Below are positions 1 through 12,845 of a DNA stretch of 64,000 nucleotides, one piece after another. This DNA comes from Marsupella aquatica (taxonomy: Eukaryota > Plantae > Marchantiophyta). A program made the translations under genes and the position numbers. The first letter of the stretch is position 1. Each line of letters begins with the position of its first letter. The stretch covers positions 23,225,455-23,289,454 of the forward strand of contig OZ316897.1 of NCBI GenBank assembly GCA_973895155.1, read 5' to 3'. The notes beneath the pieces are model-generated. The model did no database searches and was not told the DNA's origin. It was given only the letters and a program-made list of their open reading frames with translations.

Positions 1-1283
1 CGGGCCTGGGGAGTGCCACTACGGTTGGTAACGGGCCCGGGGCGGCCACGATCACTATGTTGTCTGCTGGGGCCGCTCTTGGGGTCAGAGCAGGGGGTGG
101 GGACGATATAGTGTCGGCCCCCCGAGCGCTTGTTCCTCTGGGCCGCCTGGTCAAGGGTGGGGTAGCCTCGTCGTCATCGCTAAGATCCACAGCGTTGATG
201 ACGGAGCGTACCTGTGCTGGCTAGGTGATAGGTGGTGGGGTTTGGCTAGGCTGCGGCTGAGGCTGAGGCTAAAGCTGAAGCTGAGGTTGAGGCTGGGGTT
301 GCATGGGCACGGGTACGGGTACGGGTACGGGCCCGACTGAGTTGGTCATGTTGGTTGATGGCCGAGTTCCCATGAAGCTCTGCAAGTGCTGGTAGAAGTT
401 CTCCGAAGCGAGTGCGGACGCCCTTGTCGAACGGTTGGTACTGGACTCGCCGTTAATGACAGCCCGAACCTGGGCAGGGATGTGGTCGAAGTGATGTCGC
501 TGCAGGTCGATTGTACCCGGGATATTGAAGACCTCGTCCGGAAGCCGAAGCAATGCTTCCCAGAACCCGATATATTTGTCTCCGTTGAAGAAGTACCCAG
601 ATACCTCAGCTGGTCGGTAAAGCTCGCTCTGAGACGGGTAGTCAAAGTTAAGGACGTAGTGGTGTCGTCCTGCTAGGCGGATGGCTCTCTCGTATTCGCG
701 TTCGATCTCGTATCGGCGCGGGTTGGCGTGTTTCAATGAATCGGCCAAGTGCCTTCCGGTAGATAGGAACTGCGTCCAGAATCGAATGGCCGAGCTGGAG
801 AGGATCGTGTGCGACATTCAGAGGAGATAGTAGTGGCGACCTAGAGAGAACGAGAGAGTTGGGGTCGAAGCTGGCGCGCGGACTGATGGACTGGTGCACT
901 ACAAAGGGTTGGCTCCCCTTTTATACTTTGAGGGCTTGTCAATCCCCGACGTCTCCTCGACGCCCATAGGTTGAACCGCTCACGCTTGTGGTGTACCGGC
1001 CACTCCGTCGGTCTGAGTCAGCGTGCGTCAGTGGCCGCTTCCTTGAGTTCGTTATACGGACCCGAGGGAGGGGCCCCTCCACGCTCGTAATCCGGGTGTG
1101 CGAATAGCGACCCGCCGCCAGCCTGAACCTGAAGTCCCCCTTATTGCCTAATGATGTCCTACCCCTAATGATTACCTAAATACTGTCGTTATGCTAATAA
1201 TAGCGGCCTAAGACCCACCTAACGCGCATGCCGAGCGCAGTTAGACTGAATCACTCATTAACCGCCGTACCGGCGGCGTCACA
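1..1283 (-). mobile_element. 5' part of a second copy of the ~4-kb ORF-bearing LTR-like element (continues off the window), inserted into the transposase gene of TIR element copy 1
   Basis: Reverse complement is near-identical to 44421-~45680 and begins TGTGACGCCGCCGGTA at 1283. The junction falls inside the transposase sequence that is uninterrupted in copy 2 (gatgtggtggaatcac, ~40335-40350). Confidence 0.9.
269..817 (-). pseudogene. Truncated copy of the LTR-borne ORF
   Basis: N-terminal ~165 aa nearly identical to the 44887 ORF. Premature TAG at 269-271 where the other copy has CAG, and another in-frame-looking TAG near 221. Confidence 0.8.
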
Positions 1284-4155
1284 TGGTGGAATCACAATAC
1301 TTTCCCAATTTCCATAGGGGAGTAATTACTTTGGTTCGGTGGTGGATTGATTCAACAAAACTACTTGCAAACGGGAAATTTTTGTCGGACATTTTGGTTG
1401 AAGGTTCAGAGAGGATGGAGACGGTGGATAGGGATGATCTCTATCCAAATGTAAATGATAGGGGAATGCCGCGCACAAGGCCATACAATTTCAACAAGAG
1501 GACTCATGTAGATCCGATTGAAAAGAAGAGAAGGTTGTTGGAAACCAAAGCAGTTTCAAAAACAACGGAAGCTTCGATTGATGAAATTAAAAGAGAGAAT
1601 TGTTGCAAGCAGAAATGTTGTCTGACTATGCCAAGAGAAGACATAGACGATATCCGGATAGAATTTCACGGGATGTCTAGCGAGTCAAAAACATCACACA
1701 TTTTCAACCTCTTCCACTACAGAGAAGATGATGTTCGTGATAAGGGGCAACATGTTCTCAAGGGTATGGTCGTATGTAGACATGCATTTGCAATCATCCA
1801 TGGCTTTAGCCACACGAAATATTATGATTACAAAAGGAGATATGTGGAGGGTTGCAAAATTGGGTTCCATGGAAACACGGGCTCCATGAAAACAAGGTCA
1901 AATACCTTGCATGCACGAGCTCTGTTGGAGGATTTTTTGACTCGAAATGCAGAGCCCATGCCTCATATACCTTATGCTGGGGCTCATGGGACAAACTCCA
2001 TTGAGTATCGTCTTCCAGCATGTTACAAGAAGTTGGAGATTTTGGAAGATGTGAGAACAAAGATGAAGGAAGAGGGGCTTCCTCCAGTTACAGAGAATAC
2101 TCTGTACAAGATTTGGAGCAGATCATTCGCAAACTTCAGTTTCCATAAAGATGGTGCATTTGCCAAGTGTACTCTTTGTTGTGAATACAAAGATAGTTTG
2201 ATGCGAGAAAGAAGGAAAAAGAGCGTGCTGAAATTGAAGAAAAACGAGCGCAACATCTTCGTGAGCAGATGTCACGTAGATATGTTTACTATGCTCATCG
2301 AGTGATGGCTAAGCAACATCCAGGGGAATATCTTTGCATCATTCACGACAAGATGGATCAAGCAAAGACATGGATTCCAAAAATGGTCAGTACTCCTAAA
2401 TCACTTTCGGGTCATGGGATGCCACTACCTATTGCTCTCACAGGGATGTTGACCCACGGAAGGGATCCAGGAGTCTATGCACACTTTAGTGTCACTGGCC
2501 TTTGGCCAGAAGATGCTGATTTCACGGTGACATCCTTGGCTAAGTGTCTTCGAGACCTTCAAGAGTACAATGGAGACAAGACAGGTGACATGTTGGATGG
2601 CCTTTATTTGGAACCTCATAGACCTTTCTTTCAAGCCCTTCTTGACTTTGATGCATTTTTTAAGGGATATTTGGAACCAAAGAGTATTCCAATGAATAGG
2701 TATATTGGTTCTGAAGATGCAGTCGAGAGTCAGACGGAGACGGTCTCCACCCAACATGGTGAGGATCAAGGAGGGGACATGCATGGGGAACAAGGCAGTC
2801 CATCTTTCAAGCCCTTGCCAAGGCACCTAACACTGCAAATGGATAACTCAGCAAAGGATAACAAAAACCAGACTGTCATGGCATTTTGTAGTGAGCTTGT
2901 GAGTAGAGGAGTATTTGAAACTATTCAAATGTCTTTTCTAATGGTTGGTCATACACACGAAGATGTTGATGCACTCTTTTCGAAGGTATCATATCAAGTT
3001 CAGCACAAGGAAGTTGCAACTCTCCTTGCTCCTATGGCAGAGGTTTGGGAATGTGAGAGCATTCATCCAGTTCCCAGATTGATACAAGAAGTTGCATCTT
3101 ACAAAGAATATCTTCAAACTTTCAAAGTTAAAGATATTCAAGGTCACTCAAAACCCGTATCATTTCTTTTCTCTATGAGAGATAATGTACCAATATTTCA
3201 GTATAAGTCCCATGTAAAGCAAGCTTGGGCTCTAGTTGGAGGAAGGTGCATTTGGGCAATAGATCTGACAACAAATTCTCTTCTTTTACCTAGTGGAGAG
3301 CCCTTAGCTAAATTCATTGGAGAGATACACAAAAAATCTGAAGAGATTATCCCATTTCTTAACAAGTACCTTGATTTTTTGAGAAGGAGTTGCACTGATG
3401 AGACATCTATAGCATATAAGGAAAGATTTCCTCTTGTGAAATATTGGGAGAGAATTGTGGAGTTGTTGACAAATGGGCTTGCACTAGAAGGGGAGGGAAG
3501 TACTCAATTTCCCTTGAAAAATGGATTTTGGCCTAAGACTAACCACGGCACTGGTTACAAGGTCAACCAACCGGAACAAAGTGGTCCTCCAAGTGAAGAT
3601 GAGGAGAATGCAGAGATGACGGCTCTTCAAACTGAGGTCTTGGAAGAGATGGAAGATCAAGCAGCACCATTTGTTGGATCTCGAGCTGAGAGAGAACAAG
3701 GACGGTGGATTCCCCTACAGGATATTCGTGAAGGGAACTTTGTATTTCTTCGACCTGAGGATGACTGGGAGAATAAAAATGGTGGAGGTCATTTTTGGTT
3801 GGTGAGAGCTTTGGGTTCGGTGGACCCTAAGCATGAAGTCCCAACTACATCTCCAACAAACCCTCCTATGCCTCAACAATATGCTCCAATGTTTCCAGTC
3901 AAATGGTGGAGGCCTAAACACTCTAAACTTGATGTGACTGAGAGTGCACGGTATCTAAACTGCTTCATGTCCACTAAGACATGGGAACGAGATCCAGGGT
4001 TTGGTGAGAACGCTCAACATTGGCAATATGCAAATTCTGCAATGTATGGTTTTAAATCTGGCATGAAAGAAGAAAACATGGCAGGCAGAGGTTTGAAGAT
4101 TCCTCAAAATGTTCTACAAACTGTCCAAAGTTATCTCCAAAGGATGGACAAGTAG
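1284..4155 (+). pseudogene. Sola1/DUF7869-like DDE transposase, frameshifted near 2220 and interrupted by the LTR-like insertion
   Basis: Motifs IIHDKMDQAK, LQMDNSAKDNKN and FLMVGHTHEDVDALFS, plus Cys-rich CCKQKC and CTLCCEY. ORFs 1283-2305 and 2269-4155 are joined in copy 2, which has one more A in the A-run. Confidence 0.75.
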
Positions 4156-4444
4156 ACTTAGTTGTTACTTGCGAAGCTATAATAATTAAATTAATTTAGA
4201 TAGTTACTTACCTAGTTTTTATGTAAATAGTCGACACTTATTCAAACATACTAACTTACGTACTAGTTATTTACTATTCTAATAGTTTTAATGTGAGACC
4301 ATGTCATTGAGTGTTAGTTATACTATCTCCTCATTTTCTAAACTTTTGATCATTATGAATATGAATGTTTGCTTTTTTGCATAATGAAAAATATTTTTCT
4401 ATTCATTCCTTTGTTTTAAATGATTATAATAAGATTTGGTAGGA

Positions 4445-4775
4445 AAATATACACTTTTTACGCCAAATGTACACTTTGTTGCACTCAAAGTTACACTTTC
4501 TAGACCAACTGCACTTAAATGTACACTTTTTAAGCCAAATGTATGTTTCTTTCACTCAAATGTACACTTTCTAGGCCAAATGTACTCAAATGTACACTTT
4601 TAGAGCCAAATGTACCTATTTTGATGTTCAAATATACACTTTTTATTGCCCAAATGTACACTCTTTAGGCCAATTGTACACTTTTCTATCCCCAAATGTA
4701 CACTTTTCATTGGCCAAATGTACACTTTTCCTCGCCCAAAAGTACACTTTTCATTGCCCAAATGTACATAAATCA
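4445..4775. repeat. Subterminal tandem repeats (core AAATGTACACTTTT, ~22-bp period)
   Basis: About 15 degenerate copies just inside the TIR, mirrored at 36885-37190 and 59120-59215. Confidence 0.85.
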
Positions 4776-5236
4776 AATAATAATACACTTTTAATGAATA
4801 GGCTGATCTATGGAGAATGACTTGGAGGATTGTGAAGACAAAGCCGAGGACTGCTTTTCCATAGAGTCCACTGCAAGGGTTTAGGGTTTAGGGTTTAGAC
4901 CCTAAATCTACATATGTACAGCGAGTCAAGAGCACAAGTGTTGCTCTTACCAGTGGATCCGCAATCCCACTAATCTAAATGTCAGGGCCGCCTCTGGGTC
5001 CTGATCCTAATTCTAAACTTGGAGATTTGCGCCCGCCCTGCCCACTCACCCCTCCTCCCTCCACGTCCGCCCTCCTTAAAAGGAGCGGCCCTCCACCACC
5101 GTCATGGTAGCCTTGGCTTATCCTCAATGGACGCCCCCAATGTTTCCTCCGCAGCCACTACCGTAGGTCCGTCTTTTGATAGATTACCTGCCCTAGACCA
5201 AGTCAACTCTCCCGTGGCTTGATCGGGTCCACCCTC

Positions 5237-5302
5237 AGCTACGGCCTCAGATTTGGCTACGACCTCAGATTTGGCTACGGCCTCAGATCCGGCTACGGCC
5301 TC
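5237..5302. repeat. 18-bp tandem repeat (GCTACGGCCTCAGATTTG), ~3.5 copies
   Basis: Directly visible. Confidence 0.7.
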
Positions 5303-5591
5303 CCCGACCTGCTCTAGTGATGGATCCGCTACCCTCGGGGGGTTAACTAAGTGTATATTTTGGGGTACCACGTGCAATCATAGCCTAATATAAATAGACC
5401 TATTTTATAAAGAAAATATCCCAAGAATATTCTCCATTTTTAATATTAATAACCTATTTTTCTTTATAAAAGGTATATATTAGAGAATATTCTATAAACA
5501 TGAGTTTATAATACCTTCTTTTGCCTCCTACGCTTTTTAAAAACTTAGTTAATTTCTGTCAAAAATACCTATTTTGGATCGCACGTGGTTT

Positions 5592-6467
5592 CTAAGATTT
5601 TTGATAGTCAACCCCCCGAGCCGCTACCCCGGCTTCATCAATGATTGTCCCGGCCTCGGCCTTGCCATCCCCGCCTTCTAGGACAATTGAATCCTCTGTT
5701 GTGACCTTGCCTGAGGCTGGTGCCGTGTTCTGCTCCTTGGTCATGGTGGCTTGAGAAGCCGCGTTGCTCCCTGACCCAGAAGGTTTCCGCTTCTTCTTCT
5801 TCCCTTGTTCGGCAGCTGGTCCCTTCCCCTTGCCACTTACCTCTGGCACTGGTACAAGTGTCGCGGCTTGTCCCTCGGCCAGTACTACCTCTGGCAACCT
5901 TGTTGCCACAATTGGAGCTTGAACTGATGAGGCCAAGCACTTAAACATTGCGGCTTGTTTCTTCAGCCGCTCCGATTGGTTGTTGGCTCGCCGTTGTAAG
6001 TTCTCTAGCTTCCGCGTGCTTTCCTCCAACTCCTCATGCGTTTTGTCCAGGTCCTTGCGCGCCTTCTTTAGCTCCTTCTGCACTTCCTCCAATTCCTTCT
6101 GTAAGGCAGCCCTCTCTTCCTGGGTTGCTCTCAGCTCCTTGTCGAGCTCTCGGACGACCTCGGATTCTATCTGGTTCATCTTGGCGTAAGTCTGATCGAG
6201 CATATCGTCCTTCTCATGCAGGTTGGCCTTGAAGCTGGCCGTCAGGGATGCAAGCTCCTGTTGTAGCACGATAATCCTTTGATAGGATTTCCCTAACTTG
6301 GCCTCCTTCTGTTCAAGGGCTCCGCGGAGATCCTCAAGCTCCCTCTTCAACGCCCTCTCCTTCCTTTGTGTCTCCGCCATGGCCCAATTGTTGGTTGCTA
6401 TGTGGGCCTCCACTGCGTCCTTCAACTCTCGCTTCCATTTCTCCTTTTCCTTGACCGCGTCGGCCAA
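5592..6467 (-). CDS. Coiled-coil, NLS-containing ORF, probably a retrotransposon accessory-ORF fragment
   Basis: 291-aa heptad-rich ORF with KKKKRKP and a non-ATG start. Composition resembles the coiled-coil tail of the LTR-borne ORF (46675-47388). Confidence 0.35.
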   Translation of the reverse strand: MADAVKEKEKWKRELKDAVEAHIATNNWAMAETQRKERALKRELEDLRGALEQKEAKLGKSYQRIIVLQQELASLTASFKANLHEKDDMLDQTYAKMNQIESEVVRELDKELRATQEERAALQKELEEVQKELKKARKDLDKTHEELEESTRKLENLQRRANNQSERLKKQAAMFKCLASSVQAPIVATRLPEVVLAEGQAATLVPVPEVSGKGKGPAAEQGKKKKRKPSGSGSNAASQATMTKEQNTAPASGKVTTEDSIVLEGGDGKAEAGTIIDEAGVAARGVDYQKS

Positions 6468-7454
6468 CTCCCCTTGGGTCCGAGCCCTGGGCCCTCAGTT
6501 TACAAAATAACAAAATACATGTGCAAACGTCCAATGGGTATTAAATATCAATTTTGCAAATAATATTATAGCACGGTTCTAACCAACAAGGTCCTTATAT
6601 ACCTCCAATGCTGATTAGAATAAATGAAGTCTCTTTTTTAATGTGTCCAAAAGTTGTTCAATTGAAGGGCCATGGAAATACCCAATGACACGCGTCACCC
6701 GTTGATTTGACCATGTGTCAACATACCAATGGATAATTAGGGTGTATGGGATTTGGGGAAGAGTGCCCAAAGAGTGTTGTGTTCCCCCTTGCCCCTCCTA
6801 CTTTGTAAGAGCCGTCCGATGTAAGATGCCATAGATCGGACGACGAGGATTATCAGTGGGTCCAAGGGGCTAGCGAGACCGGGAGCGAGATAGTGCGGGA
6901 GGAGGGGACTCAATGAGGCAGGAGAGGAGGGGTCTCCCGAGAGGTCCCAGCTAGAGCCCCACTTTCTCAGTTTTTTTCAGGCTTTCTTAGCGAGTTCTTC
7001 ATCGTCTACAGAGCTTGCGTGATCTTGGGCCAGGGTTTGGGCGAAAGTGTTTGACCCCGTGTTTGACCCAGTGTTTGATGTTGGGCGGACTGTGTGACGC
7101 CAATGACATGGTCCTTATTTTGTAATCTGATTAAGTAGGTTGCTGTATGCAAGGAGTAGCTATTGATATTATATAACAATTAGCAAGATGGCAAGAATAA
7201 GGGCAATCATGGCGTTAAGAGTAGGGAAATAAAAACTATGTCGCGGGTGGTCGACGACCATATCTCTTTCAATATGTCACCAAATCCGGATTTGTAAAGA
7301 GCATTGGAAAGATCTGGTCAAGGCGAGTAAAATCGATATAAAACACTCGGGAAATGGAGGTGTATTAAGAGAGATACGGCCTGATTAGTGTGACGGGTTA
7401 ACTTATGGCCGAAATTAGCGGATTCGGCTTCAGTTTCGGGTTAACCCAAGCTCG

Positions 7455-7805
7455 ACCACGGCTTAGCTTATGTGAGCACGGCTTCAGCTTAGCTCAGGTA
7501 AGCACGGCTTCAGCTTAGCTCAGGTGAGCACGGCTTCAGCTTAGCTCAGGTAAGCACGGCTTCAGCTTAGCTTAGGTCAGCATAGCTTCAGCTTAGGCTT
7601 AACCTAGGTTCGGATTAGATTGAACTCGGGTTAGCCTAAACTCGGGCTCAGGTTAGCATAGGTAAGTTCGGGTTCGGGCTCAGCTTAGGCTAGGTTAGCG
7701 GATAGCGGGTAGCGGCCTAACCCGAGACCACGGGTTAGCTCTACTCGGGTTAGATAGGATAGCTAGGTTAGCCGAACTCGGGTTAGCTATGTAACTCGGG
7801 TTAGC
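7455..7805. repeat. 26-bp tandem repeat (CACGGCTTCAGCTTAGCTCAGGTRAG) decaying into AACTCGGGTTAG repeats
   Basis: 4-5 near-perfect units at ~7477-7600, followed by shorter degenerate units. Confidence 0.8.
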
Positions 7806-9769
7806 GCAGCAGTGAGTACCCCCTCTCGGTTGCGGGGGCATAACTCTCTGTGTATTTGACCAAATCGGCTATAATTGACCTCGTTGGAAAGAGGAGCTCA
7901 AGCCGCTTCCAACGCTGCTATCCACGCAGCAAATGGTTGAATACAGAAATCAGGAGAGGAGGCATAAGCTCGTGAAAACCATGGAGGAGGGCCAAATCCG
8001 AAGTACATAGCCAATTCGAGATAGAAATAAAGCTGCGAGTTAGGGTTCAGTAGTTAGAGATAGTGGCGGCTCTGTTAGGGCTGGGATGGGGCTCCAACAG
8101 TGTAGTACCCAGCCATTGGGCTCAGTATGAGAGTATATAGAGCAGCCCCCCGATAGAGAGGGGGGGGGACTTCAGTTGTGTGATCTCACTTAGACTGAGC
8201 AGCGGGGAGGAGCTCTGTGCAAGCAAGGCTGGACTTGGACGCTGCATGTTGGGGAGAGCTTGGTTGTGCTATTACTCAGGGAGTAATCAACCAAGCTTCA
8301 CAGCAACGGGTTGCTAGGTTTGCGAGCTGGATTGTGGCTCTTTCTAGTGGGCAGCACAACTGGGTTCTTTTCCCCCGATATAGAGCCTTGGTGATAGGTG
8401 ATGTATTGGTGATTGTAAACTGTGGGGAGGATTTCAATTCGATTTGCGGTGGGCACATTAGGGAGGCTGAGGTACTGATTAAGGGGCAGCAGGAGGAGCA
8501 TTTACAGTTCAGTCTGGCAAGGCTACGTGATCCATGGGGAGTCCCGGCCTTTGTCTGGTGGAGAGCACTAAGGGATCTATGGCCAGAGCGGAGCTTGCAG
8601 GGCAAGCGTGAGGCCGGGCCTCATTGCAGTCTGGGGTAGATCGCCGTTAGGCCTGGTACCAGCTTTGAAGTCGAGTCAACTATGCATGCGTAACTTGACG
8701 TTCTGAATTGGAGGTGTGAGATCTGTATGTGCCCCCAAGAATGAAGTGCAGTGAAGGAGGTTGAGTTCAGGATTGAGTTTGCAAGGCAAGTACGGGATTG
8801 GTTTGAGTCCAATCTGCCGTCGCAATCTGGAGTGAGCCGGGCTCAGGTTCAGGATTGAGCTTGCATGGCAAGCACGGGGCTTGCAGGGCAAGCACGTCAC
8901 AATCTGGAGGAGACAGCCTTCGGCCCTAGTATTCGGATCAAGTGTTCTCAGTGAACTATTGTGCACATCTTTGAATCTAATTGAGTTTTCCTCTCAGGCC
9001 TCATTTCTCTCATGGATGTGTGTGTGTGTGAGGCAATCTGAGTGTATGATGGAACTAGCAGCGCCACTGAGAGGTGTACCGGGTGCATTGAAGCGGGCTG
9101 GGTGAGGACTGTCATAGCTCTGATTGTTGAGAGTGGAATGGCAGAGTGGTGGGGCAATGGCTTAGAAGTCCCTAAGCCAGGAATCAGTCAGGAGTCACTG
9201 GTTTATGGGTACATTCCGGCGGCGGAATAGAAACATACCTATGACAGTAAGCATATGTATAGACCTATTGCGCACCGTAGTGCTAGGCCCTGTGTGTACG
9301 GGCCCGATATGAAGACCCCTTCTCACCAGAACTATCATGAGCGCAGATCTGATCCCCAACCTTGGTTCCTTGGGATTGAGCTTGGGTGATGTGTGATAGA
9401 GTCTTGCTATGATAGTCTGGTGTTAAGGGCATAAACTGGTGTTTATCGACATTCACAACATCCCTTCGTGATCCTCAGGTACAAGGAGATGGTTTTGGCA
9501 CCCATAGTGACGTCTTTGGTGTTAAGACCCATGTCAATCGCGTGACAGACTGCAAGCTAGGCGGGGAGCTAGGGTGAGTGATTTTTTATAGCAAATGAAG
9601 GGTATTTTAAAGTCCAAAATATGTCTGATTATAATAACATAGGTAGGTTTTATATAGGACTGAAAATTCTTTTTAGAACAAACAAGGTAAATTTTAATGT
9701 TCCTCCAAAATATAACAAGGGGTACCTAGGGGGCCTTTGGTCACAGGTATATTTCATTACATTTTACTT

Positions 9770-11367
9770 AGTGAGGGCCTAGGGTGTTCGAGTCAGTTTA
9801 TCCTTGATAATCTGATTATTAGACTGAGCGGTATCCAGTTGCCCCTGCATGATGTTGAGCTCATGCCGCTTAATCCGCAACTCATCTTTGCCACCTTCAG
9901 GTCTTCTGCCTTAGCTTCCTTCTCCCTAAGCCGTCGGATGACCTCATCCTTCTTCATCCTCTCCAAAGCCATCGCTTCCTCCAATCAGCTTTTTTCTAAC
10001 ATCTCTCTCTGGAAAAAAGGTCCCTGCTCCAACTCCTCCCCAAAGATGCTGAGCGCAAGTTCCCCACACATCTCCCCGTACTCCATGGCTCTGTCTTGCG
10101 CATAGGTGCAGTGAGTAGTAGTCATCGGCATCACCCACCGTGGCCTTTGTTCCCAAGCCGCTGTTCGGATCTCTTCTAACGTGGATGGAGGGCTGCTTCA
10201 TTTTTCTGCAGGCCGCCAAATGTCCTCTGGCCATTCTCCCCCAGATAAATCCTTCTCCTTGGCCAGGGCTGCCTCCTTTTCTTCCCTGAGTCGCTCCTGC
10301 AACTCCTCTGCCGTCTGTTTTATCCCGTCGAATCTCAGGGGAGTGACATCTGGTGGGGGAGACTCGGGGCCGCTCTACTGGTTGGGGTCCCCTTGAACTA
10401 CTCTAGGAAGCGTGGGAATGAAACGGCCACATGTCCTCACTCCTGGGACATGATGGTCCGACCCATAGTCGGAGTCGTCATTGTCGTAGTCCTCCACCAC
10501 CTCCTCCCCGGCTTGGACTACCGGCTCCCCCCGTTGCTCTCCTGGTCTTGCTGCAAACACGGCCTCCTGTCAAACACAGCTCACGGGTCCTGGTTCCTCC
10601 TCCAGCTTTCAGACTGTCCTCTCCTTCTCTTCATCGTGACCAAGAGCTTTGGGCTGCTCTCCATTGGTTTCTGGACTCACGGCTCCCACATACATCCAAA
10701 CCCCCGGCTTGTGTTTCGGCCTCCTTCTTTCCTTGGCTCTGGTAAAGGGGTTTCCCCTTGTGAGTTGGCTTAGGCCTACCTCTTGAGCAGTGTCCTGTAC
10801 CGGCGCCATTGCCGTCGCAGCCTTCTTTTCCTTCTCCAACAATTTTAGAAGATTCTGCATGCCTGGTTGCTGCATCAACAGGTTTTCCGTCCTCGGCCTA
10901 AACACTTGCTCAATTGTAGGACTGCCGGACTGGTTGGGTTTCTCTGTTGTCGGCCTCTATTTCGGAACCTCCTCTGGTGCCCTTGCCTGCAAGGGAAGTA
11001 CTGGGGCAAATATCTGACTCCGGGCATACCGGCACAACAACAGCATGTGATAGCCAAGCCGGGATACACTTCCCTGGCCGATCACCTGTTGTTCCTCCTT
11101 CAAGATCTTCTTTAGTTGGGTGAGGAGGTACCCGTTCTAGTCCCAACTTGGGTCTGGCCTCTCCGCTAGGTAGACCTGTGCCTTGCCAATCTCTGGCCTC
11201 GGCAAGTTGTAGTGCATGGTTACCGACAAAAAATCGATCATCTCACCAATGTGCGGGTTAGTGCAGGTGTTCCGGAAGAAGCCATTCTTCATTGATGGCC
11301 CAAAGAATGATCTGAACTCCTTGTCTGGCAAGGTCTTTTGAGTATCTACTTTGGTCGAAGGCTCCAC
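9770..11367 (-). pseudogene. Degenerate retrotransposon accessory ORF homologous to 63130-64000
   Basis: TKVDTQKTLPDKEFRSFFGP...CTNPHIGEMIDF (11137-11367) matches TKVEQRKTLPDNQF*SFPGP...CTNPHMGQLIDF at 63139-63265. Many frameshifts. Confidence 0.55.
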
Positions 11368-12845
11368 ATAAGGCGCAAAATGGGAATAATGACCAAAATA
11401 TAGAAAATGTTGAAACTTAAAACAATTGCTGCGCTAGTACTATTCCAAACATGGTCATGTTTGGATTCATTTTGAAGCCCTCAATGAGCCCATGCAAAAT
11501 TGGGGTTCCCTAGTTGAGTTTAGGTCTATATCAAATAGTGACATCTCAAGAAACCTCAATGCCCGTAAAACTAGGCAATCTTGGAGTAGTGGTGGGAGGG
11601 CCCTTAGAAGGAAGCCAGGGGTTCCCACACTTGTGCTCCCCCTTTCCCCTTTTCACCCTTTGTGTGGTCCTCACATGGTTTTGCTCTCTTCCCCTTCCTC
11701 ATTCCGTAAAAGGGCACTCCGTAGAGGGGCACTCCATATAAGTGCACTCCGTAGAAGGGGCACTCTGTAGAGGGGCCTCCTACATTTCCCCTTCCCCACT
11801 CTATAGAAGGGGGCCCCACACTTTCTTCCTTCCCTTTTTCTCTTTTCTCACTTGTGGGGTTCCGACCCATTCATAAACCCTAAACCTTGTAATGTGTGTA
11901 CGGACCCTGGTTGTACGAACATCAGAATTTTGATCATCTCAAAATCATAAGTTTATGGGTTTTTGGAAAGAGCTTGCCGAGCTTAATCCAACGATGTGTC
12001 ACACAGCCAAAATGGAGTTAAGATGGTAAAGATACATTAGATTACGTTTTGACGATAATTTCTTGACATTTGAGTTGTACGGAATTCCATACATCCGGTA
12101 GCTAAGGACCCCAATTTTTTCCCATAAGTGGAGATGGCAGCAACAAAGCCGATGACCCTCTAATTTGTGGGAGAAGCCGGGGCCCCCTGGGTGTTGTACG
12201 GACGAAACGAAGGGGGGCAATGCCCCAATTACCGTAAAAATTTAAACAATCATATCTTGGTTGTTTGACCTTCGTTTTGTGCGCCGTTTACAAGGTCGTG
12301 ATCAGGAAAAGCAGGGCTCCTCAGATATTTTTTCAGATGTGAATTATGAGATTCATAGACTAGGAGACAATTTAGCCAGTGTCGGGCGTTAGTAATGTTT
12401 TTTTTTAATTCTTGTATTGGGAATGGGATTACGGATTGTTGTTAGCTTGAAACGGTGATATCCGACATAGACATCCTTTTGAACAAGGAGAAAGTCAGAT
12501 GCTGTAGGAAGCAGAGATACAAAGATAGATGCCACCCCAGAAGATTATGAAGCCAATATAGGAGCTCCATCTGACCCAATCACTCTGGTCGAGAAGGGAA
12601 GGCAATTTCTCCTGTGGATGCGATGAGTACGAGGAAGAAGTGGAAAAGGACCATTGAAGGGGGGCCTTCCTCTCGAGAAAGTGTTGCTGCTACAAGTGTT
12701 CAACGTGAAGTTGGGGACTTCAAGAATACACTTTCAAAGGCATTGCATGGTTGAGTCTAGCATCTCAAAATTCTACAACTCAACGTTCAACAAAGAGTAG
12801 AAGCCTGACTGAGTAAATGATGTAGAGAAGTGGGGAAAGGATCTC

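Larger units (their letters stand above)
1284..4806 (+). mobile_element. TIR DNA transposon copy 1 (transposase-side part), same family as 36851-59258, opposite orientation
   Basis: High nucleotide similarity to the reverse complement of 36851-~40345. Similarity ends at the TIR aatacacttttaatgaataggctga (4782-4806). Confidence 0.9.

Noticed and set aside
2215-2305. Programmed frameshift in the transposase
   Set aside because: Copy 2 has one more A in the run and stays in frame, so this is a mutation in copy 1.
4590-4820. Short ORFs over TGTACA repeats (also 59071-59295)
   Set aside because: Translations of subterminal repeats.
4877-4906. TTTAGGG repeats as a telomere
   Set aside because: Only about three units; an interstitial telo-box-like motif.
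8100-9550. Possible gag/pol or env remnant with a PBS-like tggcacccatagtg near 9496
   Set aside because: No recognisable protein motif in any frame and a poor PBS match.
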